This document shows positions 1 to 13,851 of a DNA stretch of 64,000 nucleotides, piece by piece. The position numbers and the translations under genes were made by a program. The stretch is from assembly GCF_026571515.1 (NCBI RefSeq), contig NW_026865372.1:1-64000 (forward strand), in the 5' to 3' direction. A model generated the notes under the pieces. That model saw only the letters and a list, made by a program, of their open reading frames with translations. It did no database searches and was not told where the DNA came from. The DNA comes from Ruditapes philippinarum. Lineage: Eukaryota. How positions within the stretch are numbered: the first letter of the stretch is position 1; the number at the start of each line of letters is the position of its first letter.

Positions 1-2371
1 ACCCTTATACCTTTAATATCTAAACTGCTTTATTTTTATATTGTTAATCCAAAACAAAATATAACGTAATATGCCTGACACTATTTTCAATTATTTTTCA
101 TACATTATTAATGTTTGGTTAGTTATGGAAATAATAACTTATCTATAAATTCTAGTGCTCTAATACATATATATGTTTAAGCTAATTCTGAAATAGGGCC
201 GAATTTGGCCATAAGTGAACATGGCAATTTCACATACTTTTTAACAGGTATACCAAGCAAAGCAAGCGTCAAGGCGTGAAATGCCTGTTGTGCGCCCAAC
301 CCAAATACAATGCATTGTTTTTCTAGTATATTTTTGGATAATTGTATACAATGGATGTACAAAGAAATAATTCTATGTACTAGGTAATTAACATTCTGTA
401 AATATGACTGACATATCCAAATTATGTTTAGACTAATTACATGCCAGAATAAGTTAATGATACTTTCTGGTCATTAACTCAAAATCAGTAGAAACGAGCG
501 TTGAGACATCAGCAACATTATGAAAAAAATGTTTAAGATTATGCTCTCACGAGCTTAAGAAATCTGAACTGCCCTATTGCATAAGCATAAATTTACATAA
601 TTACTTCTTTTATTTTGAGGGACATAATGATTTGGGAAAACATTTTAAAAAATTTTAAAAAATTAAACTGATTTTTTCTTCACTTTTTCATAGACAATTA
701 AAAAGTAACTTTAAAACCTTTTTACCATTTTTCTTCAAAAAACAAAACAACAAAATACAAAAAGGGAAAAAAAAAGAAAAATGAGAAAAATTAAAAGAAA
801 GGGATTTTGGGGGCCCCTTTTCCCCTTTAAAAAGAGTTTTCGTTCTTGAAATTTACGTATATTAAAGGGCAAAAATAATTTAAATTTGGGTGGCAAGAAA
901 AACATTTCTTTGGGATTTTAAAAAAAAGCGTTTTTCACTTTGGAGGGGCCGATGGTCGATTTAAAGTTTAAAAGGGGTTTTTCAGCTGGGAAAGAGTAAA
1001 AAATAAAAATCAGGGGTTTTTTTTCAAAAATGTATTCTGACCTCTTTATTTCAAGGCATAATTTTTTGACATTTTTTGCATAAACTCAGTTACTTTTAGT
1101 ACAATAAGGCTTTAATATAAATTTTTGTACACTTACAAAGGAAAACGACGGTATTTGGCGTAAGACATGCATCTGATATAGAAATCTTGGACTCTGAAAA
1201 TAATAACGAGGCTATATGGGGTACGATATGTACTTGATATGGATTTTCTGGATTTTTTTCGATGAAAACGGGTCTAAATTGATCCAATAATGATTTTAAT
1301 TGGAAAATCTCGTGGTTCAATCGCTGAACGTTCATTGGTTACATTTTTTAAGGTGTGAAATAAAATAAGATATTGGCATACTTGATTTTGAGTTATCTGC
1401 ACATAAAAATAGCATTTAAGTGTAAATAAAACCCCGATAATTCAAACAGCAAGATATGGATTTTAGTTTGTTCAGTCTTTAATCATTAAAATCCGAAATT
1501 TGTAACGACTTACTTTACTTTTTAAATGCTCTACAATAATAAAACCTAGTCTTGTATTACTGTTAAAATTTATCACCGGCATTCAATGTATGACATTGTG
1601 ATTTGTAAATATTTTTGGTAAAAATGTCCTTTTTTCCCATGTACTTAAGAAAGGTAGTTTCTTAATTATCCTTAGTCATTTGTCAAGCTTGTTTCTAAAA
1701 TCTATTATCTAATTACATATTATAAAAGTATGGATATCCAAACTTGACATTCCCTTCTCCCCAACACTAAAGCCATAAACTATACTCAAAATTAATTTCA
1801 AGTATTTATGTATTAGTATTATAATAATAAAATATAATTTATGAACTAACCGTAATTATCTTTATATCCAAATATAACTACAGCTGTGTTTTAAATCATA
1901 TTGCCAACAACAAAAAATAGTCACTAGTTTAATCACTTCTATTTAATGATAAAACTATTTAATTTGCTATTATGTATTAAATGGTTTAAAAATACAACCC
2001 TCTTGCATTCTTTGTGCAGTAATATCCAATATCTCAACTACATTAGCAGACTATCAGAGTATCTGACAGAGCACTTGCCACTTCTAATATACACGAACTA
2101 ATACATTGCTCCACTGTATCGACTTCGCTTCACGATTTCACTAATAGTTACTTGCACTAGTTATCCAGCTAGCTATTTAGGATATGTATCGTAGTTTTAT
2201 TAATTCATATTCGATAATATCAAAATTAAAATATAAAACATCAGGGTATCTTGTCATGTTACCAAAAACAATTGTTTTTAAAAGTCCTCTTTTATCACAT
2301 TAAGATCTCATATGCAAAGAAACGTATGATAATTTCACACTACAAACTGCCATTTTATGATAGTAGTCTTT

Positions 2372-2724
2372 GTATTGAATTGAATTTCTTTAGACCGGGC
2401 GTCAAGCATAGCTTATGAAAGTCTTATGAAAGTGCAAGCACTTATTTCCAGTAGGGACCTTATCACAACAGACTCCAGAGACAGTTATAAGATACAAGGG
2501 AATCCGGGAATCAGTCCCTGGCTCTTATTGAATAGACCACTTGGTTTCTTTTACATGTCTAGTGTATAGCACTGACACATGCGAGGATTACCTGTATTTC
2601 TTACCAGAACAGTACACCTCTAGGTAGGTGGGAAACACTGAAAGTGTCTCTGGAAAAACCCAAGGATCGAACCTGGGACCTTAGGAGTAACAGTCAGTAC
2701 TCTAACCAACGGAGCAATCGCGCC
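2372..2724 (-). mobile_element. tRNA-derived SINE with Deu/Nin-like central domain
   Basis: The minus strand starts ggcgcgattgctccgttggttagag (A box) ... ggttcgatcc (B box). The body gacatgtaaaagaaaccaagtggtctattcaataagagccagggactgattcccgg resembles the Deu domain as recalled. It ends in an (aattc)n-like tail. Confidence 0.75.
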
Positions 2725-3399
2725 ACATAAGTTTTTTTTTCATATTTTGAATGATGGTATATTCCAGTATTTTATAAGGTCAAAAGAAGAAGAGTTTTAT
2801 GTTTTGCAGTTTTGTTTGATTGAACAAAAAAATGAGTTTGTTACATGAAAAGAGTCACATATGAAAAACTTATTGTTATTTATTGTATACATATAACTTC
2901 AGACAAAAAAAAAAACAATAACAAAAACTGACAAAAAACAAACAAAAAAACAGTGCAACAATAGATGTTGTATTTTAAAGTTTTTAAATGTTATGAAACT
3001 GTACAATTCAGATATATTTTGTATAGGCAAACAGCTTTGTGGAAACATGCGTACTAACTGATATTATCGGATAGATATACAAGCTGTTGTAACAAGGTTT
3101 GGAACAAACAAGATGTTTACCTTCCAAACATTAATGATGCTAGACTAATTTGTTAAACAGACAAAGTCACTACATGTCTCCCCTTTATTTCAAGATTTTG
3201 CTGTCAAACAACTGTTTAGTACCGACATACATGTCATATCATAAATATTAACAGACAAAAGCCTTGCGTGTGACTAATTTGGCAAAATACTGCTGATATT
3301 GTAACCAAAGTACTAAAAACTTGACTGCTTATTTCTGCGAAAGAGTGTTCTGTAAACTACTCAATGTGTGTGTAATATCTTGATTTGTGTTATTAATGT

Positions 3400-3553
3400 A
3401 CTAAAACATACCCTTCGTTTTACCATTAAAATTATATATACATTGCATATATTTAAAGAGCCTCTACTAACATTGTACTTATTACTAACCACATTTATTT
3501 ATGTAAACATGAAATGTGTGTAATAAAGGAAATTTGACTTGACTTTGACTTGA
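3400..3553 (+). mobile_element. Probable 3' tail remnant of a non-LTR retrotransposon
   Basis: AT-rich UTR-like sequence ending AATAAA followed by short (TTGAC)n repeats at ~3535-3553; the left boundary is uncertain. Confidence 0.35.
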
Positions 3554-3971
3554 TTTGTTATCATCTTGCAGATAATTGTCACTCTTTTTACATGCCACAA
3601 ATACTTGCTAGCTAGTATTTCACAAAATACCTGATTCACGTTCTTACATAAAGATCAACAATAAAGTATGCATCAGACCATTGTAGTTTTATTAAGTGAT
3701 TATCCTGTCCGTGATCTGCCTTGTGCCTTGTCCCGTATTTATTTGGGGTCCTCCTGGGCTCCTTGCCGCTGGTCCTCGTTGCTGGCTCTAGTGGGGTTTG
3801 CGTTTCCTTGTTGATCTTGTTAACCATATCTTATCTTCGATTTTTTTTAATGATATCATGGATATGCATTCTTTTTAATTTAAAACTTGCATTGAATACA
3901 TCCATCTCGAAAATTATTGGAATTGATTTACCATTTACATGCATGTGTCAATTTACAAGTTTGAATAAAAA

Positions 3972-3998
3972 TCTGGAAACAAAGTGATCCCTCGGAAG
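3972..3998 (-). repeat. Structured dispersed element, subfamily A, terminal 27-bp fragment
   Basis: tctggaaacaaagtgatccctcggaag is the exact reverse complement of the end of the 41423-41684 copy. Confidence 0.75.
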
Positions 3999-5050
3999 TC
4001 TATATAAGTATATCAGAGCAATACTTGTCATGGTGGTTTGTCACTAAATCTGCTATCGCTGATAAAGTAAACAAAGCTACAGACATCATCTATAATCTAG
4101 ACGAATTAATCTAACAGACACTCGAGAAGGACATTATTTTATTTCCCAAATATCCCAATACGAGGCAAACATTAAGGACAAATGCGCAATTTATCAGCAA
4201 AATTATTTCTGGTTTGAACTTCCATAATAACATTTGCTATCGCGGTCTAGAATAATATTTTCTGTTAGAACACGCACTAAATCTCATGGGACAAGCTTAT
4301 TCATTTCAATTTATATCAAACACTTCCTTTTTGCATCAGAAAAATGACATTTATTGCACGAAGGTCATGTTTCTACATTTGATTGCATTATATGAGAACC
4401 ATTTAATTGATTTGCTATTACTGAAAATTGTTTCGTCTTTTCATTTATTAAAGGTCTGGAATAGGGAAAATATTTATATTGTTTTAAATACTATAATCTC
4501 CGCATTTATCTATATTTTTATATACCAGTTGTTTTTAACATGTTTTATGTATATTTAATATACAATGTATATACAGAATGCGCTATCCATTGATAAAGCA
4601 AACTATTTTTTACCTTTGCAGTAGCATGACGGCCATATGCCACATTTTTTGTAATAGCACATGTCATATTCCATGTATGAATGTATCTGGAGATGTTTTT
4701 TAAAAAAAAAAATGTATCAAATTATGCATTGTATTGTTTGTTTGTTCCTTTTTTTGTAATGCAATTTCGGATATTTTACACCTTGCAGAGGAGTATTGCA
4801 ATTTACTCACATGTATAATTTAACATAATAGTAAACTCCCATTTTTCACAAAACTTAGCACAGCATTGAATAATCTTTAGATTTGCTTAACTTTTAAGAT
4901 AAACCTCATTCGTGATTTAACACGATTACTGACCTTTTTATTTAATTTGTGGCTGCTTTATTGATCAACAAATTATTCACTTTACATACCTAATTATTTC
5001 TCTGCTTAGATATACACTCTTATAACGACGGGCGGAGACATAATCACGTG

Positions 5051-5220
5051 TAACCAAATTCCTAGTTATGTAACATAAGACGATTACGTTAGTACTACGC
5101 GCGTTTTGCTAAAGGAACTTAAGACGTTGGAGTGTACGTAGTACTTACAGAAACGTCTTATGTTTTAGCACTACCGAATGCCCAAATATAACCAAATTCC
5201 CAGAAGTAACCAAATTGCCA
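5051..5220. repeat. Long imperfect inverted repeat flanked by three TAACCAAATT(C/G)C direct repeats
   Basis: aacataagacg (5072-5082) pairs with cgtcttatgtt (5154-5164); agtactacg (5091-5099) pairs with cgtagtact (5137-5145). taaccaaatt occurs at 5051, ~5189 and ~5207. Confidence 0.6.
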
Positions 5221-6481
5221 AGAGGAACGATCCTTATGTGTTTTCAGTTCTGTGAAGTACCTGTGAAACATTGTGTTGTTATATTTAAGATATTAAATGT
5301 ATGAATGAAATATCTATTTGTGTGTGTACGAAAAAATGGAAAAAGAAACTAAGACACTAGGAATTTTAAGTTCCTAGAGAGATATATGTATATCCACGAT
5401 AATTTCAACATAAATCAAAATGATAAAATCTTAATTACATTTTAGGGTTATAATAACCTGACAAAATTCGGTGAGAGAAAAAAAAGCATATCAATGAACC
5501 ATCATCAATAACTTATTTTTACAGTTGTGGAATACCTTGAAAGTGGATTGATCTACAATGAGCACATATTATATTGATAAAAACAATAGAAATGTATTAT
5601 TAAGATATTCATATATTAAAATATTTCTCGAACAAGGTTGTTCATATAGTTCTAAAATGATTTAGTATGAACATTTATATGATGAACATTAATATTTTGA
5701 TCTAGAACAATTTAAAGTATGCTGCTATTTGAAAATATATTATCATCGGATCATGTATCTCACAACATCCATGTGTAATCATTTCATGGTTTGTTATCAT
5801 GTGTACAAAAAACCCGATCCCCCACAAAAACAAAAACAACAAAATAAATAATAATATTAAAAAAACAAAAACAAAAAAAACAACAACAACAACAATTATA
5901 TATAGTATTACAAAAGTTACATTACAGACCAATCCACTTTAAATGTAAGAAAAGAAATACTGAGTATCTCTTTAAATGTATAATTCATATAGTTCATCAT
6001 AAAACTTGTTTACAGACAAAGTTGATTATCCTAAAATAAAGTCTATAGTGGGAGGCGAAAGATATATTACAGAACTTTAACAAATGCTGTAAAAATGCAA
6101 TTTATCAGCGTGCATACCAGAACACCAAGACAGATACACAGGTAAACCTAGGATTATTTTTCGTATGCCTAGACAAGTAATGCAATAGTAAGTAACGGGA
6201 TGAAAGAAAATTGGCTTTGAACCAACCACCTTTTCTCTCATGTAGAGCAGACAATGAAAACAAAGTTAGTCGAGAAATAAATGTTAACTGTCGGAATAAC
6301 GCTTGCCCATTAACTTTCGTTATAATCATTCTTTAATAATTAAGAAGTACAAAGTGAAATAACTTAGAAATTGGAACCTTGCTGTCTTTAAATATATGTC
6401 TCATTGTTTAAAGATTGAACAAGTGTAATGTTATTTTACATTCTAGGAAAAGGATTTCAATTAACTCATCATATGTATAAG

Positions 6482-6635
6482 TCTGGTAAAAGAGGTGATC
6501 CTCGGAAGGAATGAAACAACAATATTAGTGTATGAAAATTGTAGACTCGGTTTGATTGAGTCTGTCCATGAGAGATAATGTAAAATGCAACACCTCCCAG
6601 CCCCCAGCTTTAGCGGTATTCAATCTTTAGCACTT
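6482..6635 (-). repeat. Structured dispersed element, subfamily A, diverged and truncated copy
   Basis: tctggtaaaagaggtgatcctcggaagg ... agactcggtttgattgagtctgtccatgag ... gcggtattcaatc aligns with the reverse complement of ~41250-41401. Confidence 0.75.
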
Positions 6636-7195
6636 ACGTGCTTCACTTTCATTTACAAATGGACATTATCTAATAATAATTGAATTATTTTAACTGAATC
6701 AACTATATCTTACTGCTGTATTCGAAATGGAGTTTGTTATCCGCTCACAATTACATTAAAACATATTCGTTAACACACAAGCTACAATGAAACTATAAAT
6801 TCTATAACAATCTTAATGGCATTAACATCATGTGTTTACTTGAGACATTTATTGGGCTCACCATTCATATCCTCCCCACTGATGTTCTATTTTGCAATAA
6901 TCATGCATTGTAGTGTAACTGTTTTATTATATCTTCGTCGGGCGTCTTTTGTTTCTTTATTTGTATTTTTGTGAATAAGATAATGTTGAACAAGATAACT
7001 TTGTGAATGTATCTGTACAAAGGTACTAACTTCTTTATTCTTTAGGTGCAGATGTATGTTGGAGAAAAGAAGTTGGAACAATGTTAAACAGCAACAGCCA
7101 AAATGGAACAGTTACATACTGTTACGAAGTATTCATATTTATCAGGGTAAAATCCACTCTGCATGCCCCAGCTGCAGCTATGACATATTCAAAAA

Positions 7196-7812
7196 ATAGA
7201 TAAATACAGAATCCCTAAAGAAAGCCCAACACGGCAAAATTGAAAATGTTACAGGCTCGGTTTGATTGAGCCTGTTTATGGACGGTACTGGAAAGTGCAA
7301 GTTACCGTCCACGCCCCCTAGCACCGGCTTAAGCAGAATTCAACATTTAAACGTGAAATAGTAAAATTTTGAATTTAGAAACATCCGCAGATGTGTTTAT
7401 ACGGCGGTTATCATGGAACCTTTAATGTGACACTTCCGTGCCATTCCATGAAAAGCGGCGTATGGTCCCCAAGTAATAAAAAGCGTGTGCCCTAAACGAG
7501 AAAACAATGGGCGGAACTAAATAAAATGGAATTTTGAAAGGGGATCAGAGGTTATGAAGCCTGCGTATCACAGATAAGACGTCAAAAGACAAATTTAAAA
7601 AGCAGGCAACATATCCTAAGGGTGATTCAACATTATTCAAGTAGGAATATTGGAACCACCCAACTAGAAAATGCCAAAAAGTTGAAACTTAAAATACCAC
7701 AAGCACAACAATAATGTCGTGCTGAACGATCTTCAAGGATCGAAAATATAACATCATTGATTAAATGTACGGGGAGACTTTTTACAGCCGCCACACGGCA
7801 CAAATAACACGG
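7196..7812 (-). repeat. Structured dispersed element, subfamily B, apparently full length (~615 bp)
   Basis: Shares the gtgccgtgtggc(g/a)gctgtaaaaagt end and the aagccggtgctagggggcgtg...ctcaatcaaaccgag core with the 41141 copy, plus a ~330-bp internal segment also seen at ~12.7-13.0 kb and partly at ~48.9 kb. Confidence 0.8.
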
Positions 7813-8239
7813 ATGTGATCATAAAATAGTCATGTTGCTCCACTCAAACAAAAAATGTAATTATTAAAAAAAAAGAAACCGGAAAAAAGAAACAGAAAAA
7901 AAACATAAAAAGAGAAAAGAAACATTCAGAAAGAACAACAAAAACAACCTCTCCGAGAAAATCGGAAAATCTGGTAACATACTAATTAAGCTTTTTCATT
8001 AACATCCTACTTTTATATCGTGCATTAGAAAAGGCCTTTACATTGTTTTGATTGAAACATCGTTTTTTTGTCAGACTTGTAGACAACACGTGTATGAAAA
8101 TCACATTGTTAATGAATAAACGATGCAATTTTAATATTAAACAGTAAATGCACAGACATGTTGGCGTTATTCAAGGTGGTCGTACCATTGGGCGTTAGAG
8201 TAAACGTACGTTATAATTAAAAATATATTGCATTAAGTA

Positions 8240-8468
8240 TGGTCTAGTGACGACTAACATCGGTTAAATTCTTGTAATAGACACTAGCTTTCATCGCTTT
8301 GACACAAGTAACAGTCTGTCCTCCGGTGAGCGCTTTCATTTTACAGACAGAAATATGACATTGACCACCAAAATTATGGCAAAGTTCAGTTGTATAGAAA
8401 AAATAAAAAAAAGTCTTGTTTTCCAAACATCTATTAAGTGTTGTATTAATGCGTTGGTCACTAGACCA
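8240..8468. mobile_element. Possible MITE (12-bp inverted repeats)
   Basis: tggtctagtgac (8240-8251) / gtcactagacca (8457-8468); no clear target-site duplication. Confidence 0.4.
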
Positions 8469-9464
8469 AAATAGTTTTAGTTATACTATATACATTGTCT
8501 TAATTTCATAGATATACACAAAAAACAAGAAAGTAGATCACCAGGTAGTTTTTTTTAATTTCCCATAGTTCTGATGTGTATGATACTCCAAACAACCACT
8601 TTCGATTAGACATGTTTAAGTGCAAGTTATTAATGTTGGGAGTATTTTATTAATAAAAATTAATTAGAAAAGTATCAACAAAGTAAAACACTAATTCATA
8701 CCAGGAAAATGCAAGACCCTTTGCGAAGTAGGTCAAAGTGTCATCTTTGCTTGTGTAGACATATTGAAGATTCATCAAACAGTTGTTTAAAACTGTCCTT
8801 ATAAATATTTAAGATCAATCAACATTGAAACTTTCGCTAGTCCAGTTTGACACATGGATATTGTACGAAAACACCATAGAATGTTCCGCTGATTTTTTTG
8901 CATGTGAGTGATCACCCCTTTCAAGATTTTTGGTTGCTTAGCATCTTTCTTGATGTTCACGGCAATAAGCTGTATTACGAATTTTACATAATTTGTTATT
9001 TTTTTATTTTTGCAATATAACTTACAGTCCCGCTACAGTGTTTATAAAATTCTTGAATATTAATTATCCACGGATAATATCTTATTAATCTTTTTAAAAT
9101 GTCGTTTTCAGTATAAATAGTTAGTTGAAAAAAAAGTTTTACTTTTGCGAATACATGTATTTAATTACTTTTCTATCTTGTCCAATATTTAGACTAATCG
9201 TGTTCCTCAAACATAGACCTTTAAACAAGATCTATTATCATGCTGTAAGTCATTTATTTTTCACTTTGTAGTTTTTTTTATGTGGCATTTGTATTAGTAA
9301 TATTTTGCTTTCGTTGCAAATTATTATAGCATATTTAACTAACCTTTATTTCTTTCATTCAGATTTGACTAGTTTTGCTTGTTTTCGTAAAGTATTGATT
9401 CAGAAGATGTAAAATCCATATATGACCCCTTTGGTGTTGAAACAAAATGTTTCCAACACTTTTA

Positions 9465-10338
9465 TGTTGAACCTGAACTTGTCTGGACCAGAAGAAAAGT
9501 TCGGATTAGAAAGGTTTCCGGATAAGAAAGGTTTCCGAATTAGAAGGTTTTTTTACATGTTTTTTTCAGGTTATTTGCAAAATAGTTTAAGGAAAGAAAA
9601 CGGGAATGCATTTGAAATTGCAATTTAAATATTTCATTTTTGCATTCTCTGATTGTTCGTTTTAAGACATGTGAATACAAAAATAAAGAAATAAAAATAA
9701 ATAAATAAGCAAAAATATTATGTCCTCAAAAGGTAAGTTAACCTACGATATTTAACAGAAGGGCGAGACATGATTAAATATTCGTACCAGCATTTGTCAA
9801 TTGTTGTTAACTCTTATCCGATTCAGCGATAATCCGAATTCACTGACAGTTTCCATTAATTTTCATTACTTAATCACATCTCATTGAATCCATTACAAAG
9901 GATTAAAAGATATTTCTATTGCATTATATCAAAATATTAATTGAAGGTGATGAAAAACAATCAATTAAGCAATTATAGAAGATATCAAATCAAGCTAAGT
10001 GTAATTTTCACATTGCAGATCATACGTTTCACCCATTAATCAAGCGAAATAACACTTATCAGTTGGTGTATGTTTACACCTGCAAGATGTGCGATTATTT
10101 GTGATTTGCAATGAAGGTGTGACATTTGGCAATATCTGTTCGGATCCGAGAGGTAAATTTTAGAGTAAAATAAGAACAAAATTTGAAAAAATCGTCCGGA
10201 ATTCGGAGTAGACAGGTTCCGGATCCGAAAGGTTTTTTACTATTGAAAATAGAACGAATAAAATCGGGACCGGACACTTCGTTCAGATAAGAAAGGATTC
10301 CGGATTAGAAGGGTTCGGATTAGCAAGGCTCCACTGTA
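9465..10338. mobile_element. Non-autonomous Tc1/mariner(pogo/Tigger)-type DNA transposon remnant
   Basis: The right end reads ...ggttcggattagcaaggctccactg|TA. The motif (t/c)cggat(t/a)agaa(a/g)gg is reiterated near both ends (~9500-9550 and ~10195-10327). The left TIR is degraded. Confidence 0.6.
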
Positions 10339-10492
10339 TTTTCTATCAATAGTAAAATATAGGCAGTCAACTGCAAATTCTTAAAATTTTTCGGCTGAAC
10401 AGACTTCTTCAGGGTACATGAATCCCAGTATACCCATTCCATCTATTTTCTGGAAATATTAGAGTCGATGACTTCTTATCTAGTTACCTCTC

Positions 10493-10640
10493 TGGCGTGG
10501 GTTCGATCCCCGGGAGATGCTGGAGGAAGGTAGTCTAGTTCTGGTGTTACTCTCCAGGAACGATGGTTAGGAAACTACCCGCCTATATGACTGAATACTG
10601 TTGGGAAAAGGCGTAAAATGAAACAAACAAACAAACAAAT
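10493..10640 (+). mobile_element. tRNA-derived SINE fragment with (AAAC)n tail
   Basis: B box gggttcgatccc near 10498, and a 3' end atatgactgaatactgttg...ggcgtaaaa followed by (aaac)n, as in mollusc SINE tails. Confidence 0.65.
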
Positions 10641-10927
10641 CTAGAAATATTAGCTACAATAAAATTTAATGCACTTTACACAGTATTTGAGAACTGTGAA
10701 AACACCAATGCCAATAACATTTCTTTTTATTCCAAACGTGATTTATCATCATATTCAACGGCAGGCAAAAGAGATATTATCAATTTGTTTTATGTCAAAA
10801 TTATCATGACATGATAACTCACCACTTTATTATGTCTCGTCTAACATTGCATTATTCCATACAAAATTGAAAATTAATCGTGATATTGCGTCATCATTTC
10901 TTGTCTGAAACCGACTTCTTAACGTTA

Positions 10928-11102
10928 TTTTTGTTTGTTTGTTTTATTTTGTTGGGTGACATGATATAGGTCATAATTATGGCGACGTTCCAGCTTTACT
11001 AGTGAAGGAAGACCTCAGGTTCCCTGTCGTGCATTATTTCAGGCACGAACGGGCACCTGAGTAGAACAAGTAAAACAAAGCACATTCCGTAAGCTAGCTG
11101 GA
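10928..11102 (-). mobile_element. RUDI-like (V-domain) SINE, 3' half
   Basis: Minus strand ctagcttacggaa...ttctactcaggtgcccgttcgtgcctgaaataatgcacg...acctgaggtcttcc...taaagctggaacgtcgccat...(aaac)n matches the recalled RUDI consensus. Confidence 0.75.
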
Positions 11103-11501
11103 TTTTCCTTTTAATGATGTCCATTTGGCATCATTTGTCAACGTTTTGTCCAATAAGATAACGTTTACGGTTCTGGTGATTATAATTATATCAGCATAAC
11201 ATTATTAATTTAGCTTTGTAATAAAACACTTGACTGGGAACACCATTTGAATATCTTGTTCTCCATTGGTTCTATTTGTATGCAAATTGATTATTACCAA
11301 TACTCCTATGGTCATAAAATTGCCTATCTACGTATGAATACATTAAATTAATTATTGGCAGAAATTCTATCCTGGAATCAATTAAGACAATCTTAATAAA
11401 TTAAATGACTAATCACAACTATTTGGGACATATTGTTTTATCTATTCACATATTTTGTCCAAAACGCATAAATAAATAAGACTGTAGGTAGTTTTCCAAG
11501 T

Positions 11502-11996
11502 CTGACTAAAGTTCAGATCTGCTCAAATTATTCCTTGCATGTAGATCGGGTTGCCACCGTATTTGTTTCGCCTTCATTGTGATTCAGATTCCCCAAGAAA
11601 GCTAGTTTTAGCCATGCAATCAAAAAGTCCTTTACAGATAGGCATTAACGAAGTATCAAAATATCACTGTCTATGGATGTAAAACTAATTGTTGATTTTT
11701 TGTAAGAAAAAATATTGTTTGAAGTAATTTAAAACAAATATTTAGCAAACTGGAAATAAAAGACTCAATTTTAATGGACAAGATTGTTTTGCCAGTTTAC
11801 CTGCCGGCTATACGGCAACGCAATGTTTGTTTTCGAAATCGTGAAAACTATCTACTTAGTATGTATTTCCAGCGGTTTAATTATAAACCGCATCGCTTTC
11901 AAAATTGTGAAAGCTCGCTGGTGATTGGCTGGTTTAAAGGTCACTAGAAGGTAAACTTCTATTGGTGTCCGTTAGATCCTAATGCGTAGTTTATTT
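11502..11996 (+). repeat. Dispersed repeat, homologous to 42956-43266
   Basis: Shared blocks tgactaaagttcag, aaactggaaataa, gacaagattgttttg, ttacctgccgg, tcgaaatcgtga, aaaccgcatcgcttt and atgcgtag occur in the same order. Confidence 0.7.
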
Positions 11997-12689
11997 ACTA
12001 TCAGCGAATACATGATATGTCAAGAAGCGTTTAAATTAAAGGTTCTGTCGTGTTTTCGATAATCAAATACTCGAGAGCTAGATATTCCGGTTTGATACGA
12101 CAACCGGTGTTTGATTCTTTTCTTGCATAAAAAATAATTGTCATTTTCGGAAAGAAAGTACGGAAACTAATATTTTCATTCAGCACTCTTTACTTATAGT
12201 AGCGTATGAATTTACAACTTCATTCATAATGGCGGAATGACGTCATTCTAAGAACGCAGTTTATTTTTAAAAGGCGCGCATGAATAATGTCATTTAAAGC
12301 ATGTGACTTGTCTTTCACGGGGGTGGGGTGTAAAACATGTTTTCTAGCACTGATGTAAACAGTAGTTAATCCATTCCTGTCTGGTATGCAAGAAATACAA
12401 ATATTACTTTTAGCATAACAATATTGAACGTCTTTGTATTTCTGATTGAAGGCAAAACTTCAAGACACTGATTGTGATGTACAGTTTAATATCCCAATGA
12501 AGATGACATTTCTATCTTGTGGACATTTCCGTTCTTACTGCCACATATTGCTGTTTAACTGTAAACATAGACTCATTGGCTTATAAACGGAACTATGATG
12601 ACAATATTTCTGTCATGAATGTAAGTAAAGTACCCAAAACCTATTTTGGATTTACGTAAGAGATTTTACTGCACAAGTATAGGATGTAA

Positions 12690-13126
12690 ATGTTGAATAC
12701 TGCTTAATCACCACAGAGATATGTTGTCTGCTTTTTAACTTTTGTCTTTTGGTATCTGTAATATTCAGATTTTGTAACCACTGATCCCCTTACGAAATTC
12801 CAGTTTTTACTTCCGCCAATTGTTTTGTTTTGGGTATACACATTCTTTAACTTTGGGAACATACGCCGTTTGTCATGGAATAGTTCAATGTATTGCATCA
12901 ATTAAATGATTCATGAAAACCGCCGTATGGACACATATGCATATGTTTCTAAATTTAAATTGCATGTTTAAATCTTGAATTCTACTAAAAATTGGTGCTT
13001 AGGGGCTTTGTGGGTAGCTTGCAGTTACCACTACCGTCCATGACCAGGCTCAATCTAACCAAGCCAGCAACATTGTCAAGTTTTCTGCTTCGGGCAACAT
13101 TCAGGAATATTTTCTTTTTAATCTAT
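12690..13126 (+). repeat. Structured dispersed element, subfamily B, diverged and truncated copy
   Basis: Colinear with the reverse complement of ~7200-7640 (ctgatcccct, catacgccg, catggaat, accgccgtat, taccgtccatg, caggctcaatc). Confidence 0.75.
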
Positions 13127-13851
13127 TTAAATTAAGGACAAAACATCCTGAATCACGTAACAGTTTTAACATTTATCATTTAATGTTTAGAAATCGTTTT
13201 CTTATTTCTAAATCTCTTATTTAGGCCCTTAATATGACGTATATGATATAATCGCCAAAAATGCTCAATTCCTTTCTCTCAACAAAACCGTAATGCTGTC
13301 TGTCCATTCCGTTCCCAACGTAGTTTTAAAAGTCAAGGTCATCATGCCATTATTTATGACGTAAGTTTGTCCTAAATCCATGTAATACAATTCTTACCGA
13401 TCTTATCATTGTTTGCTTCTCCGTTTGTGGACACTTTAATAACAATAATTTTTTCCATGTTAATGTAGTTGTACTAATATTGATATCCATGGAGAATAAA
13501 ATTCTTTTACATTATTCCCAATGCCGCTGTTATTAATGCTCGACTTTATAGTCTAGTTATTACACAATAAACTTAGTATGATGATAATTATTCCCTGGTT
13601 CATATTCTTCCATTGTAACACTATAGATCGATGGCATGATTGCTCATTTTTCCAAGAACTCAAGTTATTCTACCATTGAGCTGATTGATCATGTATAGAT
13701 CTGTTGGTCATGTGTGGATCTTTGTGGATCTGTTGAAAAGAATGTTCGCAAAGTTTTCAAAGTATTTACTTGCATGGAAAACAATTAACATTCGTTTGAT
13801 TGTATAGGCGTATACCAACACAGTGTTACTGCTATGTAAAAAACATAGAGT

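Noticed and set aside
600-1090. Odd tract of inflated homopolymers (runs of A, T, G and C)
   Set aside because: It looks like poorly polished long-read consensus rather than biology; no structure can be supported.
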